Source: Octopus vulgaris
Taxonomy: Eukaryota
Length of the DNA stretch: 64,000 nucleotides
Direction: 5' to 3'
Assembly: GCA_951406725.2 (NCBI GenBank)
Contig: OX597825.1
Span: 59,086,001 to 59,150,000, forward strand
Positions 54,140-64,000 of the stretch are shown in pieces. The first letter of the stretch is position 1. Each line of letters begins with the position of its first letter. Both the position numbers and the translations under genes were made by a program. A model generated the notes under the pieces. It was not told the DNA's origin, made no database searches, and worked only from the letters and a program-made list of their open reading frames with translations.

Positions 54140-57064
54140 CAGCAGCAGGCTTAGTAGTTAGAATGTTGGGCTCACAATCATGAGGTAGTGATCTTCCATA
54201 AATAACCTTGCTTGGACTTGTGCCTCGGAGGGGAACTTTCTAGGTGCAATTCCATGGTCATTCATGACCAAAGTGGGGTCTTGTTAATGAGGAAAGATAG
54301 AAATACAATTGTGGGCAGTAGTTCAAGGTAAGCTTGAATAGTTGAAGAAAAGTGGGAATAAAGAAACCACTAGAAAATATAAGTTACTGCAGTATATTTG
54401 CAGAATTATCATACAAGCTATATCTCAATCATGCATGCAAGAGACAATCATACATAAACACTCACACATACATAAATATATTTTAACATTCATGCTTGGA
54501 ACTTGTTGAGGTAAATTTTTTTATGGGTGAATGCTCTTCCTGTTGCCAACCCTAACCTGTTTCCAAATAAGGTAATATTTCCCCATGACCAGATGTGTTT
54601 CTACTGAAGATTGGAAATGAAAGATACAGCTTGCATTATGGTGAAACTTGCTTACAACAATCACATGATATCAAGGCAAGGAGACAGAAACACACACACA
54701 TATATGGACATCCATGTTCCTTTTGCTGAAAGGTGTGCAACACACCAGCAGGCCTTAAGAGACACATTCATGTCCATAGAACATGATTATCACTTTATTT
54801 TACTGAACCCCGATTTGTTATTCACGACAAGAGAATCCATCATATATATATATATATATATATATGAATCTCTTTCAATTTCTCACAACAATATCCACTC
54901 ACAAGGATTTAATTTGCCTGGGGCTATTGTAGAAGACACTTGCCCACAGTGCAATGTAATGGGACTGAATGCCAAACCATATGGTCGGGAAGCAGTATTC
55001 TTAACCACACAACCGTGCCTGTACCTATATCAGTATGTACACACACACACATGCACTTTTGTGAATATATACTACTGAGCACATATATATATGTATTTAT
55101 ATATCCTGTTTTTTAAAAATTTTCTGGGATTGAAAATAATAATTAAAAAAAAGCATATATATTAATGCCTTGAGTTTTGTTTCTCCTGCTTGTTATACCA
55201 CACACATGCACATACACACCCGAAAATAAACTAGGGAGGCTATATAAAGCTCTTAGAAGCAACCATCTATAAAAAAGTATAAGGGATTTGTTAGAATATT
55301 ACAAGAGAAACAATAGTAGGACTGTGCTGGACTGTAAAGTAGTTGCAGGAACAAATGTGCCAATGAGCAAACATGATACGAAATAAAATAATATGAAAAG
55401 TTAGAAAAAAACAGAAGCCCCTTAACAATTCCCTTATATTTATAAAGAAAGAGTAAAAGATAATAACAATAGAAAAAGAAAAAGAGGAGGGTTTAAGTTA
55501 AAACACAGATATTCTTAGAGGAATGGTAACAGCTGCAGCTAACTGCATCATCTAGTAGGCACATGCTGCAGCAGCAAGAATACAAAAGCATGGTGATATA
55601 AGTGAAAGAATAATCCTTCAATGTTCTTGTTTTTGCAAGAAACAGTCATCACTTACACCCATTCCTTTCGGCAAATAATTATATAACAGAAATTTTCTGT
55701 AACTGTTACCTGGATTTGTCATTAACACAGAGCATGCTGTGATTAGTTTTAACAAGATACCAAACAATAAAGGTAAGCTAGATATAATTGCTCTTTTTAT
55801 ATTAGATCTAGTAAGTGTTCTTAGAGTAAGGAAGTCTGGTTACAGCTGGTTGATGATTCAGCCATGTGAGTAGAAACCCAGATTAAATTCTTGACGGTAA
55901 CCCTTTCACTCTATTTATGTCACTAACAAGATACTAGGCCAAAATGTTAAGTATATGCATCACTATTGTTTTATATATATATATATATATATATGATGGA
56001 TGCCAAATGATCTGCTAGTTAGCATGGAAGTATCAACTAGAGCGATCACTCTAGTTTATAGAGCGATCAGCCAGCTGTCTGGCGAAATCCTTTTGTTGTA
56101 TTAATGCCAATTGTGCGATACTAGACAATAATGTTTTATATATAATATAAACGCCATTGCTTTCTTTATATATATTTTCATACATGCATGGCTGTGTTTG
56201 TTAAGAAGATTGCTTCCCAACCATCACGATCTCAGATTCACCGTATGAGCACCTTGGGCAAAAGTACTCTTCTATAACTCCAGGCCAAACAGAGCTTTGT
56301 GAGTAGAGAGAAACTAAAAGAACCATGTTGTATATGGCTATATGAAAGAATGTATGTATATGTGTATGCATGCATATGTGCATGTGCATGTGTTTGTCCT
56401 CCTCTCTGCTTGACAGCCAGTGTTGGTTTGTTTACATCCCTGTAACTTACTGATTTGGCAAAAGTGATTGCCAGAATAATCAACAGACTCAAAGTAAGTA
56501 CCGGGGACGATTTGTTTGACTGTATCTTTGAAGAAGGTACCCCAACAATAACTGTAACAAATGAAATAAAGATACATACATCTAAAATTCCATTTCTACG
56601 TCTACATTTGTAATAAATATATTGTAAACAATACATTATTATGATGTAGCATTTACATTGCTCGGTAACAAACAAAAATTATTATTATGATTATTACTAT
56701 TGACATTGTTATCGTTTAATATCTGCCTTCTATCCTGGCATATTACTATTATCATCATCATTATTATTACTATTATTATCAGCATCATCATTACTATTAT
56801 TATTAAGGCAGTGAGCTGGAAGAATCGTTAGCATGCTGGATGAAATGCTTAGCGGTATTTCGCCTGTCAGTACGTTCTGAGTTCAGATTCCATCGAGGTC
56901 AACTTTGCCTTTTATCCTTTTGGGGTCGATAAATTAAGTACCAGTGAAACACTGGGGTCAATGCAATTGACTAGTTCCCTCTCCACCAAGTGTTCAGGCT
57001 TTCTACTTTCGTTAGAAAGGATTATTATCAATATTATCACTATCATCATCATTACTATCATCAT

Positions 57065-58210
57065 CACCCAGTGTAAGCTATGGACACATACGAGGTGCAG
57101 CAATATCAAAGGAATGTTAACTGCGAAGATAGTTTTTGTATGTGGCAGATGCACAGGGGCAATAAACATTGAAGATGTACAGAAAACAGCTTCCATCACA
57201 TGCCAGGGAGAAAAACTAGAAGTAGTTGATAGCTTCTGTTACCTAGGTGACTAAGTCAGTGGCAAGGGTGGATGCTCTGAGAGTGTAGCTGTTAGAATAA
57301 GAATAGCCTGGGTAAAGTTCAGAGAGCTTCTACCCTTGCTGCTAACAAAGGGCCTCTTGCTCAGAGTGAAAGGTAGACTGTATGATGCCTGTGTGCGAAC
57401 AACCATGCTACACGGCAGTGAAACATGGGCCGTGACAGCTGAAGACATGCTTAAGAGTGCAAGAAATGAAGCTAGTATGCTCCACTGGATGTGTAATGTC
57501 AGTGTGCATACATGACAGAGTGTAAGTGCCCAGAGGGAAAAGTTGGACATAAAAAGCATCAGATGTGGTGAGCAAGAGACGACTGTGCTGGTATGGTCAT
57601 GTGTTGCATATAAATGAGAACAGCTGTATGAAGAAGTGTCACACCCTAACAGTGGAGGGGACCTGTAGAAGAGGTAGACCCAGGAGGACATGGGATGAGA
57701 TGGTGAAGCACGACCTTTGAATGTTGAGCCTCACAGAGGCAATGACAAGCAACCAAGATCTTTGGAGATATGCTGTGCTTGAGAAGACCCAGCAAGCCAA
57801 GTGAGATTGTAGCCATGGCCAATGCCAGTGTTGCATAGATGGCCTGTTTAAAAATACTCTTCAGTTGTCAGGCAATATGCAGTGCTTGAGAAGAGCTGTT
57901 GAGTCAAGTGAAATCATCATCGTGGTCGATGCCAGTTCCACCTGACTGGCACCTGTGCTGGTGACACATAAAAAGCATCATTCGAGTGTGGTTGATGCCA
58001 GTGCTACCTGACTGGCCCCTGTGCCAGTGACATGTATAAAGCACCCACTACTCTCTTGGAGTAGTTGGTGTTAGGAAGGACATCCAGCTGTATAAACCTT
58101 ACCAGAACAGATTGGAGCCTGGTGCAGCCTCCTGGCTTACCAGTCCTCAGTCAAACCTTCCAACTCATGCCAGCATGGAAAGCGGCTGTTAAACAATGAT
58201 GATGATGATT
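57065..58210 (+). mobile_element. 5'-truncated RTE-clade LINE: late RT/C-terminal region plus 3'UTR ending in family-D sequence and (GAT)n
   Basis: CKLWTHTRC...FVCGRC...GEKLEVVDSFCYLGD, RIRIAWVKFRELLPLL, YDACVRTTMLHGSETWA and RGRPRRTW, with stops and frameshifts. Confidence 0.88.
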
Positions 58211-60511
58211 ATTGTCATTATTATTACTATTGTTACCATCATTACTGTTATTATCATTATCATCATCATCACTATCATTATTATTATTATCATTATTATT
58301 ACTATTATTATCATCATTAGTCATCATCATAATCTTCATTATCATCATCCTGATCACAGTTGGAATTGAAAGTGGCATGGCTTTCTACACACATCCCTTT
58401 CAAGAAATGACAATATTAAAAACACACAGACACAGAAAAGAAAAAAACACCAGTCACTCCACCACGTAGCACCAATAAACAGATATATTACTATGAGATG
58501 ATAAAGGTGGTGGTGGTGGTGCCACTGCAGTAATTGTCAGCAACATGTGAGATGGAATTTCAAGGTATCGGATTCCATGTCTCCTCTTCTTCCTTTCTCT
58601 TTGACTGCAGAAGAAGAAGATGAAAAAGATAAAGAATTTACCATAGATAAACATATCGGTTTCACACTTGGCAATTCACAGTGTCTATCTGGAAGCATCA
58701 TTTCAATATGTATGTCATTTTTTTATTTTTCATTTTTTACACCCCACCACCACCTCCACCAACCAATCAGTCGTCAGTCCCCTCTATCCTGCCATCCATC
58801 AATCCAGGCAGCCAGTGTCAACTGTTGTAGGAGACCCAAATGCTCACTTCCAACTGGTGATACAATTTTGCATCTTTCTTAGGGAATTTATGGTTGAAAT
58901 GGAAGCAATAGCTACCAAGAAAATGTATGGATGTGTTGGTTTAATCACTGTGTGTTAGATGAAGTGAAGTGTAAACAAGAGTTTCTCAACCATTTTTGTC
59001 CTAAGCCCCACCCCATTACACCTCATTCCAACATCTTGGATTCCACCTTCTTCCTCACAAAAAAAAAACAACCTAGAATTGTTGCAACCCCACAATGATC
59101 AATCATAGGATATATTTGGTTTTTCTTTTTTCATAGGTCTCATTCATTGAATTGTGGCCATGCTGGAGCACTACTACAAAAGGGTTGGTTGATCAAATTG
59201 ACCTCTAGTACTTATTTTATCAGTCCCATTTGCCAAACCACTAAGTTAAGGGGATGTAAACAGACCAGCAAACGGTGGGATGACAAACACATGACATAAA
59301 AAAAACATACATACACAGAGGCTGGTATGGAAAATGGACATTAAATGATCTGATGAAATATATATATATATACGCACACACATACAATGAGCTTCTACAC
59401 AGTTTCCATCAACCAAATTCACACTCAAAACATTGGTTGGCATGAGGCTTTAGTAGAAGACACTTGACCAAGGTGCCACACAGTGGGACTGAACCCGGAA
59501 CCATGTGGTTGGTAAGCAAGCTACTTACCACACAGCCACTCCTGCGCCTGTTAAAATCTTCTTCAGTTTTTAAATACCAATCTATTATTCCAGGCCAATA
59601 TGTATCACCACTAACTTACAAGCATGAGTATCCATGAATATTATTGTGGAAGAGGAAGGCAGGGAACAAAGTATTGAAAGCCGATCACAAAACGCTGAAC
59701 CTTACAAAGGAGATGACAATTGAGATATATGGTGCATTGTTGTACTCAATAAGACCAGCCCATGACAACAGAATTGAGATCCTAAACCAAAGTGTCGCAT
59801 AAAAAGCAATGGTGCTGGTCCATGTATAAAGCACCCAGTACACTCTGTAAAGAGGTCAGTGGTAGGAAGGGCATCCAGGCATAGAAATCAAGCCAAAACA
59901 GACTATGGAACCTGGTGTTGCCCCTGGCCTTGCCAGTCCTTGTCAAGCCATTCAATCTGTGCCAGCATGGAAAACCGATGGTAAATATTGATGATGATGA
60001 TGATGGTTAAGTGCTTGGAATTGTCAGATAATGCTCCACTCACATAAATACACACATACACATTTTGTGGAATGATATATTAAGGAGCTTTTTTATGAGT
60101 ACTACTGGATTATTTGATTCCATATTTTGTGACATATACATATATACACTCGCTCTGCGCCCTTTTAAAGCCTAGCCAGGCTCATGGGCCCGGTTTCCGA
60201 GTTTCAATGGCGTATGTGTTCCCCAGCTGGACGGGACATCAGTCCATCACAGCGTTACTCATTTCTGCCAACTGAGTGGACTGGAGTAATGTGAAATGAA
60301 GTGTTTTGTTCAAGAATACAACACATGGCCCGGTCCAGGAATCGAAACCACAATCTTACGATCATGGTGCTGACACCCTAACCACTAAGGCATGCACCTC
60401 CACACACATATATACACTACATTACTACATATATGTACTACATGCACACACACACACACACACACACACACTGATACATAAACATTTTATAGATGCACAC
60501 ATTACATATGG

Positions 60512-60560
<49 letters not shown>

Positions 60561-61163
60561 CAAATCTGAGAATTCCCTGCATCTACAAAAATGGTTCTTG
60601 GCCACATTCTTTATAACTTACATCTGCTAATGGTTGGTGATTCTAGCACTACGAGTAAGAGACGTGCATAAGCCTGATTACATCAAATCTACATATGTTG
60701 AAAAGTAACAGCCCAGTTGTTAAGAATAGTGGGGAGAACAAACTTGGACCCATTATGCCAACATCTGTTGAAAGATAATAGCTCTGGTATTCAAAATAAG
60801 GGGTTCCCGAAAACAACCTTGATCCATACCCCTTACTCACATGCGCTGAAGAATGAGGGCTTGCTGCTGAAAATAACAGATATATAGTGGAGATTGCTGT
60901 GGTACTAACCATACAGATTACATCATCATTCCATTATGATAATATTGCTAAAATAGATGAATAATTGAGGGAACAAGTGAAAAGTGTCTGAGAACAATGA
61001 TAACCTACAGCATTTTCACACAGACACACAAGTAAAGGCACATGGCTTAGTGGTTAGGGCATTGTGCTCACAATCATGAGGTAGTGAGTTTGATTTCCAG
61101 ACCAGGCTGTGTGTTGTGTTCTTGAGCAAGACACTTCCACTTCATGTTGCTCCATTTCACTCA

Positions 61164-61345
61164 GTTGTTGTTGTTGTTATTGTTAAAGCAACAAGATGGG
61201 TAAGGGTGATTAGGTGATGGTCTAGGGTTCAGGGGTGGGAGACCCCAGACATTGGAAAAAAAAAAAAACTTCAGTCGTCTTGTTGTAGTCGAGGGCTCTT
61301 CGTTGATGCACAACACCACTGGGAGGTGGCCCTCGAAGTCGCTGG
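61164..61345 (-). mobile_element. Second copy of the (CAA)n-tailed element
   Basis: Reverse complement of 53957-54138. Confidence 0.75.
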
Positions 61346-61349
61346 CTTA

Positions 61350-61436
61350 ATTTCTTTCAAACCTTCACATATCCTCAGTAGTGACAGCCCATGTCTCACT
61401 GCCGTGTAGCATAGCTGTTCATACACAGGCATCATG
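61350..61436 (-). mobile_element. Short fragment of the RTE LINE seen at 57 kb
   Basis: Reverse complement of TGATGCCTGTGT...CTACACGGCAGTGA.ACATGGGC. Confidence 0.7.
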
Positions 61437-62250
61437 CAATCAGCCTGGGAAGGCTATGGCTATTGTAAAGTAAGTAAAAATTACAGGAGATGAAGAAGGG
61501 AGGATACAGAAGGTAATTATTAATAAGTATGATTAACATTTACAATATCAACGTTGTCAATGGCAACATTCATGATAATGCTGTTGTTGTTTAACCCCAG
61601 GTCAGGCCTAGTCAAAGAAACCTGCAATCAAAAACATTCCAACTGTGACCATCCTGTCATTTATCTATATCCAAAAGTACATTGTCCAACGTTTTTATTT
61701 ATTTTATTTTACTTTTAATGTATTTTTTTTTAAGATGGTAGAATATGTTATTTGGTTGATGTTTCTTGTTTTTGTCTTATTGTAGCAAACTGAGCACTTG
61801 CAAATGATTCCCCCCACCTCATTGGTTCATCAACAACTTTCACTATAATGATGAGGAGGAGGAGAAGGAAGAGGAGAGGTAGGAAGAGAGGAAGGATGAA
61901 GAGGAGAAGCAAAGAAGAAAGTTTGAGGTTCTCTCATCTTCATTATTGCCAAGGACTCTACTGAGGTCAAAAATAGAACAAACAACAGGGACCAGCAGCC
62001 AGGGGAGAAAGAGAGAGGGAAAGAGAGACAGTCAGTCTAGCCGATCCTGAGAGATTCCAGCCACCCTTGATTAGACTCATTAACATTGTCATTTTAATCA
62101 AGAATGAAATACAATCATTACTGTTGAATAATTTATCTGTTGCATATAATTAACTTGATAACGAGGTCAGAGGAATGGCTTCATTAATAAGTTAGGGACT
62201 GAATAGAACAAAAAAACAAATAAAAAACTACATCAAAGACAGGCTTAACT

Positions 62251-62265
62251 TGAGAGAGAGAGAGG

Positions 62266-62357
<92 letters not shown>
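62251..62357. repeat. (GA)n microsatellite
   Basis: Long GA run. Confidence 0.95.
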
Positions 62358-62361
<4 letters not shown>

Positions 62362-62792
62362 ATTCATGAATATGAATATGGTATTACAATCATATATATT
62401 AATGTTCACTTTCCTATGCTTGTATGGATGAGATGAAATTTGTGGAGGCAGACATTCAACAGCTGGATGCTCTTCCTGTTACCAACACTCACCTGTCTCC
62501 TGGCAAGGTAATATTTCGTTAAGGTCAGGCGTGTTTTCATGGAAGACAGGAAATTAAGGAGACAACTAGTATGACATGGACATTAACAACTATCAGGATG
62601 TCCAAATAAGGAAACAGAAACACATGCTCACTCACACATATATATACATACACATATGTACACATATATACATGTATTTGTATATACATACACATATGCA
62701 TATATACACAAACACATACATACACATATGTATACATGCACATATACATACATGTATACATACACAAATATATACACATACATCCACATACA

Positions 62793-63150
62793 TGTGGAGG
62801 TGCAGTGGCCCAGTGGTTAGGGCAGCGGACTTGCGGTTGTAGGATCATGGTTTTGATTCCCAGGCTGGGCATTGTGAGTGTTTATTGCGCGAAAAGACCT
62901 AAAGCTCCCCGAGGCTCCGGCAGGGGGTGGTGGCGATTCCTGCTGTACTCTTTCGTCACAATTTTCACTCTTTCTTCCTGTTTCTTGGGTAACGCTGCAA
63001 CAGACTGGCGTCCCGTCCAGCTGTTGGCCTGCTTGCTTAGCCAGTGGGGTGGTGTCATTTGAAGGCTAAAACAATGCGAAGTGCATTGTGACCAGCGATG
63101 TGTAACAACATCCGATAGCCTAGTTGGTTACGGTGATCACAGTGATATCC
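62793..63150 (+). mobile_element. tRNA-derived SINE, family C variant
   Basis: GGAGGTGCAGTGGCCCAGTGGTTAGGGCAGCGGACTTGCGG head; body similar to 14221-14450 but with a different 3' tail. Confidence 0.8.
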
Positions 63151-64000
63151 AAATACATATACATACATGTATATAAAAACATATACATATTTATGTATAA
63201 ACATGCATAAATATATACAAACATACATACACACACAATAATCTTCTTTCTGTTCCTGTCTGTCAAATGAACTGAACAGGTTTTGGTCGATCTGTGACAA
63301 TGGAAAACATCTGCCTTCCTCATAGATAAACTGAAACTATATCATACATGATTTTCTCACAAATATATCTACATGTTTATCAACACACACAAACATGTGT
63401 AGACAAATATAAGTATATTAATCACCGTACAATATTCTTGATTTATTAAAACTATCTTTGCCCCTACAGAATGTGCCACAACTACCAAATGGTAATTGAG
63501 AATAGCTCCAAAAGAGAGAGGGAGATGATCCTAAAATATCAAGAATTTCTCCAAAATTTACATATGATATTAAGGAATGGGACAAGCTTATTGCCTGGAG
63601 ATAAGACAATACACACACAGACACACACACATACGCACAGACATACACACATACGCACAGACACACACACATACGCACAGAGGGCAAGTACCCACTTCAG
63701 TCACGACTGACGATAGAATTGCACCTATAAAGTTCCCCTCCAAGGCACAAGTCTGGGCAAGGTTGTTTATGGAAGACCAGTAGTCACCTATGCATATCAG
63801 CCTCCCCTCTCCACACCACCGATTTTGTCCAAGGGAAAGGCAAAGGCCGATACAGCTTAGCACCAGTGATATTGCATCTCATTTCTACAGCTGAGTGAAT
63901 TAAAGCAATGTGAAATAAAAGGTCTTGCTCAAGAAGACAGCATACTGTCTGGTCCAGGAATCCAATGCTCTAACTGCTGAGTCATGCACATCATCATCGT

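Noticed and set aside
58454-58958. Overlapping ORFs in unique sequence
   Set aside because: Short, low-complexity, with no recognisable domain or convincing splice sites.
60600-60960. Unique-looking segment with an 87-aa ORF (also 20870-21139 and 41043-41306)
   Set aside because: No recognisable motif; probably old transposon debris; cannot be called without a database search.

Overview
AT-rich, microsatellite- and SINE-saturated animal genomic DNA. The repeat families (tRNA-derived SINEs, RTE LINEs, (TA)/(CA)/(ATC) tracts) look like those of an octopus or other coleoid cephalopod; this is inferred from recall of repeat families. The only well-supported protein-coding sequence is one 219-nt minus-strand exon (7234-7452) encoding kinase subdomains I-V of a death-associated protein kinase (DAPK), with the same intron positions as vertebrate DAPK1. 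I did not find its neighbouring coding exons, so the rest of the window is most likely DAPK intron. Almost every other ORF in the track is a translation of microsatellites or repeats. The non-coding part holds four interspersed SINE/LINE-tail families, RTE and CR1/L2-like LINE remnants, a Tc1/mariner relic, and hAT-, piggyBac- and TA-flanked MITEs. The most notable features are: (i) several local fold-back inverted duplications (10.7, 14.7, 25.9, 28.1, 47.0, 52.9 kb), some attached to the same repeat ends, suggesting hairpin-primed or Penelope-like insertion; (ii) a pair of consensus RFX X-boxes at 27.5 kb, a candidate intronic enhancer; (iii) ribozyme-like motifs (hammerhead-like and HDV-like) in retroelement fragments. 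I cannot demonstrate a new biological system from sequence alone; these are testable leads.
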